Below the pieces are notes generated by a model. The model was not told the origin of the DNA and made no database searches. It worked only from the letters and a program-made list of their open reading frames with translations. A DNA stretch of 60,263 nt from an uncultured Bacilli bacterium (GTDB lineage Bacteria; Bacillota_I; Bacilli_A; RF39; UBA660), in contig CANQZW010000005.1 of the NCBI GenBank assembly GCA_947628435.1, positions 1-60,263 of the forward strand, given 5' to 3'. Below are positions 36,503 through 45,711 of the stretch, one piece after another. The position numbers and the translations under genes are program-made. Position 1 is the stretch's first letter; each line of letters begins with the position of its first letter.

Positions 36503-37372
36503 ATGATAGTAGCAATAGTAGGGCCAACAGGAGTTGGAAAAACAAAAATGTCTATTAATTTAGCAAAAATGTATAATGCTGATATTATATCTTGTGATAG
36601 TATGCAAATATATAAGGGTATGAATATTGGTACTGCAAAAGTAACAGAAGAAGAAAAAGAAGGCGTTACGCATTATTTAATAGATATAAAAGATATTAAT
36701 GAAGATTATTCAGTATATGATTATCAAAAAGATGCAAGAAAAATATTAAATAAATTATTAAGTGAAAATAAAAATGTAATAATAGTTGGAGGAACAGGGT
36801 TATATTTAAAGGCGCTTTTATATGATTATGAATTTAAAGAAAATAATATAAAAAAAGATTATTCATCTTATACTAATGAAGAATTATATAAAATGGTTTT
36901 AAATATTGATAATGAATCTAAAATACATGTTAATAATAGACAGAGATTAGAAAGTTTTTTAAATAATCATACTAAGCCATCAAAACAAAAAAGTAATCTT
37001 ATTTATAATGATGTGATTATAATTGGGCTTACAAGACCAAGAGATGAATTATATGATGCAATAGATAAAAGGGTAGATAAGATGTTTTCTGATGGCTTAT
37101 TAAATGAAGCTAAAGATTTTTATGATAAGAAAATATATAGTAAAGCAATTAATACTGCAATTGCTTATAAGGAGTTATACTTATATTTTGACAATAAGAT
37201 ATCTTTACAAGAGGCATCTTATTTAATAAAAAAAAGATCACGTAATTATGCAAAAAGACAATATACGTGGTTTAATAACCAAATGGATGTTAAATGGTTT
37301 GATGTAGATATTGATAATTTTAATAATACTATCGAAAAAGTAGTAGCGTATATTAAAAATAAAAAGGATTAA
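36503..37372 (+). CDS. miaA: tRNA dimethylallyltransferase
   Basis: GPTGVGKT P-loop, SCDSMQIYKGMNIGTAK, HYLID. Confidence 0.9.
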   Translation: MIVAIVGPTGVGKTKMSINLAKMYNADIISCDSMQIYKGMNIGTAKVTEEEKEGVTHYLIDIKDINEDYSVYDYQKDARKILNKLLSENKNVIIVGGTGLYLKALLYDYEFKENNIKKDYSSYTNEELYKMVLNIDNESKIHVNNRQRLESFLNNHTKPSKQKSNLIYNDVIIIGLTRPRDELYDAIDKRVDKMFSDGLLNEAKDFYDKKIYSKAINTAIAYKELYLYFDNKISLQEASYLIKKRSRNYAKRQYTWFNNQMDVKWFDVDIDNFNNTIEKVVAYIKNKKD

Positions 37373-37380
37373 ATTCCTTT

Positions 37381-38310
37381 TTATTTTGCTTCTTTATAAA
37401 TGTTTTGATTAAATTGATGTTCACTATCTAAATTAAGCATAAGTGTATTAGTATCTATTAAAAAGTACTTATCACTTATCATATCTTGACCGTTAGTTGT
37501 TAAAGGATCATCCCAGGTAAGGTCTAAGTGCCACCAAGAACCTTCTAAATAAACTAAATTCCATACATGGGTATTGGATGATATACGATAATTTTTAACA
37601 TTCATTTTATCTAAAAATAAACTAATTGTATCAGCATATCCGCTACAAATACCAACACCATCAAATAGTACTCCATAGGCCGTTGATGAATTAATATCAG
37701 AAAGGCCGGTGGTATTATTAGAATCATACTTTGTATTATTTATTATGTAATCATGAAATATTTTTATATTTTCTCTTACGTTTTTAGATGGATCATAATT
37801 ATTGTTATATATTTCATCTACTTTATCACTTATTTTTTTTATTTGCTCATCAGTATATCTACTTTCTTTTTTTAATGTTATTTTTCCAGTACTATTAAAA
37901 CTTGTATTAACTTTATTAAAAGTATTAAACGGATGAACAAAATTACTAATATCAGTAAGATAAGTGTTATTTTCAACTATTTTTTTAACATCACTTACAC
38001 AAGATTCATAATCAGGATCACACTTTATGGTATATCTTTGCCATCCGGCATCTAAAAAAGTATATATTGCATTTTTTATATCTTCTTCATTTTTAATATT
38101 AGTATCTTCATATATTTTTAAGTATTCGTAATTTTCTTTTTTTCGATATTTATTATCAACTAAAGTTTGTCTTATTCCTTTAGAAAAATATTTACTATAT
38201 ACGTACTCTAGTTTATTTGATAATAAATAATAATTATTATATATAAGATATAAAACAAGAACTATTATGATTACTTTAAATGCTAGTTTAAATAATTTTT
38301 TAAAATTCAT
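37381..38310 (-). CDS. membrane-anchored transglutaminase-like domain protein
   Basis: N-terminal TM helix; Cys-His-Asp core GICSGYAD .. HVWNLVYLEGSWWHLDLTWDD. Confidence 0.75.
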   Translation of the reverse strand: MNFKKLFKLAFKVIIIVLVLYLIYNNYYLLSNKLEYVYSKYFSKGIRQTLVDNKYRKKENYEYLKIYEDTNIKNEEDIKNAIYTFLDAGWQRYTIKCDPDYESCVSDVKKIVENNTYLTDISNFVHPFNTFNKVNTSFNSTGKITLKKESRYTDEQIKKISDKVDEIYNNNYDPSKNVRENIKIFHDYIINNTKYDSNNTTGLSDINSSTAYGVLFDGVGICSGYADTISLFLDKMNVKNYRISSNTHVWNLVYLEGSWWHLDLTWDDPLTTNGQDMISDKYFLIDTNTLMLNLDSEHQFNQNIYKEAK

Positions 38311-38360
38311 ATTATCACCATAATAATTATATCAGTAAATCATAAAAAAAAGAAGTATGA

Positions 38361-38603
38361 TTACTTCGTTTCGTTTACTTTTTTAGATAAATTTGATTTT
38401 AAACGAGCTGCTTTATTTTTAGTTATTATTCCTTTTCCTAAAGCTTTATCAATTCTTTTGTTAGCAATGTTAAGATTTTCTACACTAGCATCATTTCTTG
38501 CTTTTTTTACTGCGGTTTTCATTGCACCTTTAGGTACTATATTAGATTCATGTTTAACAATATTAACCTTAACTCTTTTTTTAGCACTTTTAATATTTGG
38601 CAT
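38361..38603 (-). CDS. rpsT: 30S ribosomal protein S20
   Basis: MPNIKSAKKRVKV.. canonical S20 N-terminus; the earlier in-frame Met of the track ORF lies upstream of the SD GGAGGTGA. Confidence 0.9.
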   Translation of the reverse strand: MPNIKSAKKRVKVNIVKHESNIVPKGAMKTAVKKARNDASVENLNIANKRIDKALGKGIITKNKAARLKSNLSKKVNETK

Positions 38604-38711
38604 CATTTCACCTCCTGGCGTTTTCATAACTTCTTATAGTTTAACAAAAAATAATTAAAAAATCAATAATAAATACAATTTTTGGTAAAAATAAAAAAGG
38701 GTGATAATTAT

Positions 38712-39722
38712 ATGAACAAAATAGATTTAAAAAAGTATGAAATAAGAACTGATATGGCAATTGATTTAACTGAAAAAGATGAAGAAACATATAAAACAAA
38801 GACTAAGAGTAAAAATGGCGTTAAAATAACCTGGCTAGACTTAAAAGAAAACAATAGTATTGGTAAAAAACCAGGTAATTATTTAACCCTTGAATTTGAT
38901 GATGTAACCGATGATGATGCTAAAAAAAATGTCTCAGAAGTTTTCAAAGAAGAACTTTATTCAATGCTATTAAAACTTGGTTTTAATAAAAATACAAAAA
39001 CTTTAGTTGTTGGTTTAGGTAACATAAAGTCAACACCGGATGCTCTAGGACCAATGGTTTCAGAAAAAATAATAACCACTAAACATCTTTTTGATATGAA
39101 TGTAAACGTAGATGATAAATTTACTAATGTATGTTCATTTTATCCTGGAGTAACTGGAGTAACTGGAATAGAAACCAGTATGTTAGTAAAAGCCGCTAAA
39201 AATACTGTAAATCCAGATTTAATAATTTTAGTTGACGCCCTTGCATCATCTTCAATATCAAGAGTAAATAAAAGTATACAACTATCAGATACAGGTATAT
39301 CACCAGGAAGCGGCATTGGTAATAAAAGAGAAGAAATATCTAAAGATACATTAGGTATTCCGGTTATTGCAATTGGTGTTCCAACCGTTACATCAGCAGC
39401 GGTAATAGTATCTGATACAATTAATTATATGATGAAAAATTATTCATATAATAAAGAATTTTTAAAAAGTAAAGCATCAAAGTTAGTTGCTAAACCAGTT
39501 AATTATTTAAATAAAAAAGTAAGTTCATCACCTTTAGATAAAAAAACCTTTCTTGGTTTGGTAGGATTATTAAGTGAGGATGAACTTATTAAACTAACTA
39601 ATGAGGTTTTAACTCCAATTGGATATAATTTAATGGTAACTCCAAAAGAAGTTGATTTTGTAATAGAAAAATTAAGCGATGTGATTAGTTATGCAATAAA
39701 TCATAGTTTAAATAAAATATAA
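38712..39722 (+). CDS. gpr: spore germination protease GPR
   Basis: IRTDMAIDL, VGLGNIKSTPDALGP, GVTGVTGIETS, VDALAS, ISDTGISPGSGIGNKR, GIPVIAIGVPTV, LMVTPKEVD: colinear with B. subtilis Gpr. Confidence 0.92.
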   Translation: MNKIDLKKYEIRTDMAIDLTEKDEETYKTKTKSKNGVKITWLDLKENNSIGKKPGNYLTLEFDDVTDDDAKKNVSEVFKEELYSMLLKLGFNKNTKTLVVGLGNIKSTPDALGPMVSEKIITTKHLFDMNVNVDDKFTNVCSFYPGVTGVTGIETSMLVKAAKNTVNPDLIILVDALASSSISRVNKSIQLSDTGISPGSGIGNKREEISKDTLGIPVIAIGVPTVTSAAVIVSDTINYMMKNYSYNKEFLKSKASKLVAKPVNYLNKKVSSSPLDKKTFLGLVGLLSEDELIKLTNEVLTPIGYNLMVTPKEVDFVIEKLSDVISYAINHSLNKI

Positions 39723-39788
39723 ATATCTTGTTTCGACAATAAAGCCTTAGTATTTATGTTATTTATATAATACAAGAAGGTGATTGTT

Positions 39789-40694
39789 ATGAGGCAATTT
39801 AAATCAAAGAAAATAAAAAAAAGAAAAAAACATCCTTTCATCTTTATTTTCTTTTTTATATTTTCATATGTTTTTGTGTCTTTTTATATTTCGAAAAATA
39901 GGGCAAATAAAAATATTTTAAATAATAAAAATAATTATATTAATTTTAATTTAGTTAATTTTTTATCTAATAAAACAGACGAAATAATTAATAAACCCGT
40001 TAGTTTACTTAATAATAATATTAAAAATGCATCTTACACAGTTGAAAATAAAAATAAAATAAGCGTAAAAGAAAATATTAGTAAACCTAAAACTGAAAAA
40101 GTATTTAATCCCGTAATATATGTATATAACACTCATCAGTCTGAAAATTATACTGATTATAACGTGGTAGATGCTGCATCATACCTAAGTGATAAATTAA
40201 GTACAAATGGGTATGATACTTATTTTGAACAACAAAGTATAACAACATTTTTACAAGAAAATAGTATGAAGTATTATAAATCATATACCGTATCTAGAAA
40301 GTATTTAGATCAAGCTAAACAAAAGTATCCTGCTATTACTTATTTTTTTGATATTCATAGAGATGCGTTAAGTAAAGAAAAAAGTACGTTATGTGTTGAT
40401 AAAAAAAATTACGCTAAAATATTATTTATCGTAGGTACTGATAATAAATTGTATCAAAGTAATTTAACTAACGCTACAAAACTAAATGAAATAATAAATA
40501 GCATGGTACCTGGAATAACAAAAGGAATAATGCAAAAAGGAGGAAAAGGAGTAAACGGGGTATATAATCAGGATGTATCTTCTAATGTGTTTTTAATAGA
40601 AATTGGTGGAAATAACAATAATAAACAAGAGGTAATAAACTCGATAGATGTTTTAGTAGAGGCGATAAAACAATATATAAGGGGAGTTATATGA
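39789..40694 (+). CDS. spoIIP: stage II sporulation protein P
   Basis: TM anchor; VIYVYNTHQSENY, FFDIHRDA, ILFIVGTDN, FLIEIGG motifs; follows gpr as in Bacillus. Confidence 0.85.
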   Translation: MRQFKSKKIKKRKKHPFIFIFFFIFSYVFVSFYISKNRANKNILNNKNNYINFNLVNFLSNKTDEIINKPVSLLNNNIKNASYTVENKNKISVKENISKPKTEKVFNPVIYVYNTHQSENYTDYNVVDAASYLSDKLSTNGYDTYFEQQSITTFLQENSMKYYKSYTVSRKYLDQAKQKYPAITYFFDIHRDALSKEKSTLCVDKKNYAKILFIVGTDNKLYQSNLTNATKLNEIINSMVPGITKGIMQKGGKGVNGVYNQDVSSNVFLIEIGGNNNNKQEVINSIDVLVEAIKQYIRGVI

Positions 40695-41017
40695 TAAGTT
40701 ATAAAAAACTATTTCATGGTTTTATATGGTTCTTATTTTTTAGTTTTTTAGTATTATATTTTTCACAAGCTAATGGTTATTATGAAGATTTAAATAATAA
40801 AACCACCTCATTAACAGAAGAAAAAATAAAGCAGTTTGAAGAAGATGTAAAAAGTGGTAAAGAAATAAAAGTTGAAAATTATGTAGTAAATGTAAAAAAA
40901 GATTATTCAAATAAAGTATCATCTTTTGGACTTTTTACTTCTAAAGTTTTTGCTAAGTATTTTAAAATTGGAATGAATGGTATATTTGGTAGTATAGATA
41001 AAATGGTTAATGAATAA
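40691..41017 (+). CDS. yqxA: YqxA-like small membrane protein (positional call)
   Basis: 108 aa, N-terminal TM helix, overlaps the spoIIP stop. Same position and size as B. subtilis yqxA. Confidence 0.4.
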   Translation: MISYKKLFHGFIWFLFFSFLVLYFSQANGYYEDLNNKTTSLTEEKIKQFEEDVKSGKEIKVENYVVNVKKDYSNKVSSFGLFTSKVFAKYFKIGMNGIFGSIDKMVNE

Positions 41018-41032
41018 TTAATGAATAATTAT

Positions 41033-41061
41033 TTGACAAAAGAATATAAATCATATATAAT
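41033..41061 (+). promoter_or_regulatory. consensus sigma-A promoter of the trpS leader
   Basis: TTGACA (41033-38), 17-nt spacer, TATAAT (41056-61). Confidence 0.7.
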
Positions 41062-41067
41062 TTAGAT

Positions 41068-41302
41068 ATATTTAAAGCAATGAGCAAGAAAAGTAGCTAA
41101 AATAGATATTAAAGAGAGTAGCTGGTTGGTGTAAAGCTATATAAAAGTTTTAGTAAATGGGCTTGCGAGTGAATACCGAAAGAATGTTTCAAGTAGGCTA
41201 TTTCCGGTGGTTATCCGTTACCTTATAACATATGTATGATGGTACATAGGTGGCATTAAAAGTAAGAATAAAACTCTTATCCTATTTGGATGAGAGTTTT
41301 TT
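41068..41302 (+). promoter_or_regulatory. T-box riboswitch, Trp specifier
   Basis: AGAGA / GCTGGTTGGTG stem I elements. UGG specifier at 41158-60. Antiterminator ATAGG-UGGC-..TAAGA/TCTTA..CCTAT (41246-86) competes with terminator CTCTTATCC/GGATGAGAG plus T6 (41274-302). Confidence 0.8.
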
Positions 41303-41347
41303 ATTAAATTAATTTAATAAAATATAATTGAAAAGAGGATTGATAAT

Positions 41348-42391
41348 ATGAAAAATATTATATTAACAGGTGATAGGCCAACAGGTCCACTTCATATTGG
41401 TCATTATGTTGGGTCTTTAAAAAATAGGGTTAAAGTACAAAATGAGGGAAACTATGATGAAATGTATGTTTTTCTAGCAGATGCACAAGCCTTAACAGAC
41501 AACTTTGATAATCCAAAAAAAATAAAAGATAATATAATTGAGGTTGCATTGGATTATTTAGCGGTTGGTTTAGATCCATCTAAAGTTACGTTTTTTATCC
41601 AATCAATGATACCGGAATTAACAGAATTAACTTTTTATTATATGAATCTTGTTACAATATCAAGATTACATAGAAATCCAACCGTAAAGTCTGAAATAGA
41701 ACAAAAAGGATTTGAAGAAAGCATACCAGCTGGTTTTTTTACATATCCAGTTTCACAAACGGCAGATATAACAGCATTTAAGGCAAATATTATTCCGGTT
41801 GGAGACGATCAACTACCAATGATAGAACAAGCAAGGGAAATTGTAAGAAAGTTTAATTCTATATATGGAAATACTTTGGTTGAACCAAAAGAATTATTAC
41901 CTGAAAATGAGGCTTGTTTTAGATTAGTTGGAATCGACGGAAAAGCTAAAATGAGTAAATCACTTGGTAACTGCATTTATCTAAAAGATTCTGAAGAAGA
42001 AATAAAAAGAAAAGTAATGAGTATGTATACTGATCCAAATCATATTAAAATTGAAGATCCAGGAAATGTTGAAGGTAACACCGTATTTACATACCTAGAT
42101 GTATTTTGTAAAGATGATGATTTTAAAAAATACCTTCCAGAATATAATAATTTAGATGAACTAAAACAGCATTACAAACGTGGTGGTCTTGGAGATATGA
42201 AAATAAAAAGATTCTTAAATGATATTTTACAAGCAGAATTAAAACCAATTAGGGAAAGAAGACAAAAGTACGAAAAAGATATTGATAAGGTATATGATAT
42301 TTTAAAAGAAGGAACAAAAAAAGCTCGTTTAGCAGCATCAAAAACTTTAAAAGAAGTAAAAACAGCTATGGGAATTGAATACTTTAATTAG
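41348..42391 (+). CDS. trpS: tryptophan--tRNA ligase
   Basis: [15 protein letters not shown] (HIGH) and KMSKS motifs. Confidence 0.95.
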   Translation: MKNIILTGDRPTGPLHIGHYVGSLKNRVKVQNEGNYDEMYVFLADAQALTDNFDNPKKIKDNIIEVALDYLAVGLDPSKVTFFIQSMIPELTELTFYYMNLVTISRLHRNPTVKSEIEQKGFEESIPAGFFTYPVSQTADITAFKANIIPVGDDQLPMIEQAREIVRKFNSIYGNTLVEPKELLPENEACFRLVGIDGKAKMSKSLGNCIYLKDSEEEIKRKVMSMYTDPNHIKIEDPGNVEGNTVFTYLDVFCKDDDFKKYLPEYNNLDELKQHYKRGGLGDMKIKRFLNDILQAELKPIRERRQKYEKDIDKVYDILKEGTKKARLAASKTLKEVKTAMGIEYFN

Positions 42392-42523
42392 TAAATAAAA
42401 ATGATATAGTTGTCAAAATAAAGCGAAATGAAAATTTTTCTTGCTTTTGTATAAAAAAACTTGATAAATAAAAAAATTTGATATAATATTAGGCGTTCAA
42501 ATGAACAAAGGGGGAATATTTGA

Positions 42524-43006
42524 ATGGAAAACACTAAAAAAGAAGTAAAAAATATTAAATTCGACTTAGATGAATTAAAAACTATTTCAAGGTGCTTTAA
42601 CGGGCGTTATGCTTATACAAGAAACATATCAAATTCTGAAGATTTAGAAAGCGATTTAAGAAAAGTATTGATTTCTAATAATAAAATTTTAATTAAGGAA
42701 TATATTCGTTTATGCGTTTTTTGTTTACCACAATCTACATTAGATAAGATTATATTTGGTACAAAAGATAAAAATGTAATAGCATTATATTTATTATTAA
42801 AAGGTGATATTAACTTAATAAATCAAATATTTGGAAATATAGATGATTTTTATTCATATTGCTATGCTTGCAAAGAAGAGATTGGTTTTAAAGATAAAGA
42901 TATTATAAAAATAAAAAAGCTAGCTGATACGAACAAATATAATTATGTTGATTCTAACATAGAAGACTATTTAAAAACAATTAATAATTCTAAAAAAAGT
43001 CTTTAA
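42524..43006 (+). CDS. repeat-family paralogue 1 (short form: unique N-terminus plus conserved C-terminal module, no 31-aa repeats)
   Basis: The C-terminal ~95 aa are almost identical to the C-terminus of 43097-44452 (..KDKNVIALYL.LK.DINLINQIF.NID.FYSYCYACKEEIGFKDKDIIKIKKLADTNKYNYVDSNIEDYLKTI..SKKSL). Has its own extended -10 promoter and hairpin terminator. Confidence 0.7.
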   Translation: MENTKKEVKNIKFDLDELKTISRCFNGRYAYTRNISNSEDLESDLRKVLISNNKILIKEYIRLCVFCLPQSTLDKIIFGTKDKNVIALYLLLKGDINLINQIFGNIDDFYSYCYACKEEIGFKDKDIIKIKKLADTNKYNYVDSNIEDYLKTINNSKKSL

Positions 43007-43096
43007 TTAGGACTTTTTTTGTATAGTAGGTCTTTATAATTGACAAATACTTAAAAATATGTAAAATAAAAGTAATTTAAAAAGGAGAAAATTACT

Positions 43097-44452
43097 ATGA
43101 GACTAAAGATAAAAAAATTTATTGATGAAATTAATTCTAAAACCGCTGGTGAAATATATTTTTTTACAATAGATAATCAAAAAAAATTAACAGCCAATGA
43201 TATAAATGAATTAACCAAAGGAGTAATTCGAACTAACTATCCATACGAAGCATACTATATTTATAAGTTTGCAACAGAGGTAGAAGGTTTAACGAAAGAG
43301 AATAAAGATGAATTAACCAAAGGAATAATTAAAGCTAGCTATGCATCCTTTATTTATTCGTTTGCAACAGATGTGGAAGGTTTAACGAAAGAGAATAAAG
43401 ATGAATTAACCAAAGGAATAATTAAAGCTAGCTATGAACCATTCTATGAATTATATAGCATTGCAGAAAGTATTTATAAGTTTGCAAAAGATGTAGAAGG
43501 TTTAACAAAAGAGAATAAGGATGAATTAACCAAAGGAATAATACAAACCAACAATGCAGAATATATTTATTTGTTTGCAACAGATGTAAAAGGCTTAACG
43601 AAAGAAAATAAAGATGAATTAACCAAAGGAATAATTCAAACTAAAGATAAATTATATATTTATGGTTTTGTATTAGATGTAGAAGGTTTAACAAAAGAGA
43701 ATAAGGATGAATTAACCAAAGGAATAATTCAAACTGGCGATGCAGAATATATTTATAAGTTTGCAAGAGATGTAAAAGGCTTAACAAAGGAAAATAAAGA
43801 TGAATTAACCAAAGGTATAATACAAACTAAAGATGAATTATATATTTATAAGTTTGCAGCAGAGGTAGAAGGTTTAACAAAAGAGAATAAAGATGAATTA
43901 ACCAAAGGAATAATTAAAGCTAGCTATGCATTATTTATTTATTTGTTTGCAAGAAATGTAAAAGGCTTAACGAAAGAAAATAAAGATGAATTAACCAAAG
44001 GAATAATACAAACCAACGGTGCATTCAAAGCATACTATATTTATCAGTTTGCAACAGATGTAAAAGGCTTAACAAAAGAAAATAAGAATGAGTTAACTAA
44101 GAAAATTTTAAATTCAGATGATATTAATATAATCAGAAGCTATATTAATTTATGTTTTGAAAAAAATCTAATATCACAAACTACGTTAGAAAAAATGGTA
44201 TTAGAAACAAAAGATAAAAATGTAATAGCCTTATATTTGTTCTTAAAAGAAGATATTAACTTAATAAATCAAATATTTGAAAATATAGATAATTTTTATT
44301 CATATTGCTATGCTTGCAAAGAAGAGATTGGTTTTAAAGATAAAGATATTATAAAAATAAAAAAGCTAGCTGATACGAACAAATATAATTATGTTGATTC
44401 TAACATAGAAGACTATTTAAAAACAATTGATGATTCTAAAAAAAGTCTTTAA
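43097..44452 (+). CDS. repeat-family paralogue 2: ten tandem 31-aa repeats plus the conserved C-terminal module
   Basis: Repeat consensus LTKENKDELTKGIIQTxDxxYIYKFAxDVxG. No signal peptide or TM helix. Own promoter TTGACA-N16-TAAAAT and terminator. Confidence 0.75.
   Translation: MRLKIKKFIDEINSKTAGEIYFFTIDNQKKLTANDINELTKGVIRTNYPYEAYYIYKFATEVEGLTKENKDELTKGIIKASYASFIYSFATDVEGLTKENKDELTKGIIKASYEPFYELYSIAESIYKFAKDVEGLTKENKDELTKGIIQTNNAEYIYLFATDVKGLTKENKDELTKGIIQTKDKLYIYGFVLDVEGLTKENKDELTKGIIQTGDAEYIYKFARDVKGLTKENKDELTKGIIQTKDELYIYKFAAEVEGLTKENKDELTKGIIKASYALFIYLFARNVKGLTKENKDELTKGIIQTNGAFKAYYIYQFATDVKGLTKENKNELTKKILNSDDINIIRSYINLCFEKNLISQTTLEKMVLETKDKNVIALYLFLKEDINLINQIFENIDNFYSYCYACKEEIGFKDKDIIKIKKLADTNKYNYVDSNIEDYLKTIDDSKKSL
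43187..44101 (+). repeat. in-frame tandem repeat array, 93-nt period (variants of 102 and 120 nt)
   Basis: GG(T/C)TTAAC(G/A)AA.GA.AATAA.GATGAATTAACCAAAGG recurs at 43286, 43379, 43499, 43592, 43685, 43778, 43871, 43964 and 44066. Confidence 0.9.
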
Positions 44453-44541
44453 TTAAGACTTTTTTTGTATAGTAGGTTTTTATAATTGACTTTTTTATAA
44501 AAGTATATATAATATACATCTTGTAAACAAGAGGTGTTTTT

Positions 44542-45666
44542 ATGTATGGTATTTATATAAATAAATTTTTAAAAAGTATTGATGAAAAAGGTCGCATTGA
44601 AATATGGAATTTTATTTTAAAGTATCAAAAATCTTTGTCGGAAGATAACATTAATACGTTAGTACAAAGAGTAATAGCATTAAATGATGCTAGATTAATT
44701 TATAGTGTTTCTTTAGAAATAAAAAATTTAAGTATTAAAAATAAGAATGATTTAACAAATGCTTTATTATCAATAAAAAATCCTAAGTATATATATTTGT
44801 ATGCTTGTGATGTTGATTATTTAAGTAAAAATGATATAAAAGCATTATTAAACGTAATAATTGAAATTAATAATGTAAAGTATATATATTTATTTGCCCG
44901 TGATGTTAAAGGTTTAGATAATAAAGAAATTAGTTTATTATTAGATGCAGTAATTAAATCAAATGATAAAGAGTATATTATTAGCTTTGCTTGTAACGTA
45001 GAAAATTTAACTAGGCAAAACATTGATAAATTAACGAAAGCAATAGTAAATACAAAAGATGCAAATAAAATTGTTTCGTTTGCGTGCCGCGTAGAAAATT
45101 TAACTAAGGAAAATAAAGATTTATTAACAAGTGGCGTAGTATCTACTAAAGAACCTAAGGAAATTTATTCATTTGCGTATAACGTAGAAGGTTTAACTAA
45201 GCAGAATATTAACCAATTAACTAAAGCGATAATACTTATTAAAAATGAAAGATATATATATTTATTTTCAAGGGATATTGAGAATTTATCAAATAAAAAT
45301 AAGATGGAATTATTAAAGGCGTTATTACCAATTGCAAAAACTTGCACGATTATAAATTTCTTTGATTGTTGTGTAAGTGATGAATTAATAAAAAGTAAAG
45401 AATTAGAAGAAATTGTAATTTCTTCTAAGAAGATTATTATAATTGCTATTTATTTGTTTAAAACTAAAAATGAAATATTAATAAATAAAATATTTGAAAA
45501 TAGGGCTAATTTTATTTTATATTGTATTTTAAATAAAAAAATAATGAAAATTAGTGATGAAGATATTAAGCAATTTTATAGTAATACTAAGTTTAATTAC
45601 GTAGATGATAACATACAAGATTATTTTGATAATAGAAAAGTTATTAATAAAAAAAGTCATATTTAA
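44542..45666 (+). CDS. repeat-family paralogue 3: about seven diverged 31-aa repeats plus a diverged C-terminal module
   Basis: LSKNDIKALLNVIIEINNVKYIYLFARDVKG / LTRQNIDKLTKAIVNTKDANKIVSFACRVEN etc. C-terminus ..NYVDDNIQDYF.. is homologous to the other two. Confidence 0.7.
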   Translation: MYGIYINKFLKSIDEKGRIEIWNFILKYQKSLSEDNINTLVQRVIALNDARLIYSVSLEIKNLSIKNKNDLTNALLSIKNPKYIYLYACDVDYLSKNDIKALLNVIIEINNVKYIYLFARDVKGLDNKEISLLLDAVIKSNDKEYIISFACNVENLTRQNIDKLTKAIVNTKDANKIVSFACRVENLTKENKDLLTSGVVSTKEPKEIYSFAYNVEGLTKQNINQLTKAIILIKNERYIYLFSRDIENLSNKNKMELLKALLPIAKTCTIINFFDCCVSDELIKSKELEEIVISSKKIIIIAIYLFKTKNEILINKIFENRANFILYCILNKKIMKISDEDIKQFYSNTKFNYVDDNIQDYFDNRKVINKKSHI

Positions 45667-45711
45667 AGACTTTTTTTTCATTGTTTGTTATAATGTTTTT
45701 AAGGTGGTTTT

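Noticed and set aside
38604-38711. Sigma-F/G-type promoter for gpr in the rpsT-gpr divergent region
   Set aside because: Expected from Bacillus biology, but I could not find a convincing GnATA-N17/18-CAnAnTA match by eye in this AT-rich spacer, so no promoter feature is reported.
41196-41222. CCGGTGGTTATCCGTTACC as the T-box sequence of the trpS leader
   Set aside because: It cannot form an antiterminator competing with the terminator at 41274-41302. The downstream ATAGG-UGGC..CCTAT element does, and it carries the correct discriminator-pairing base.
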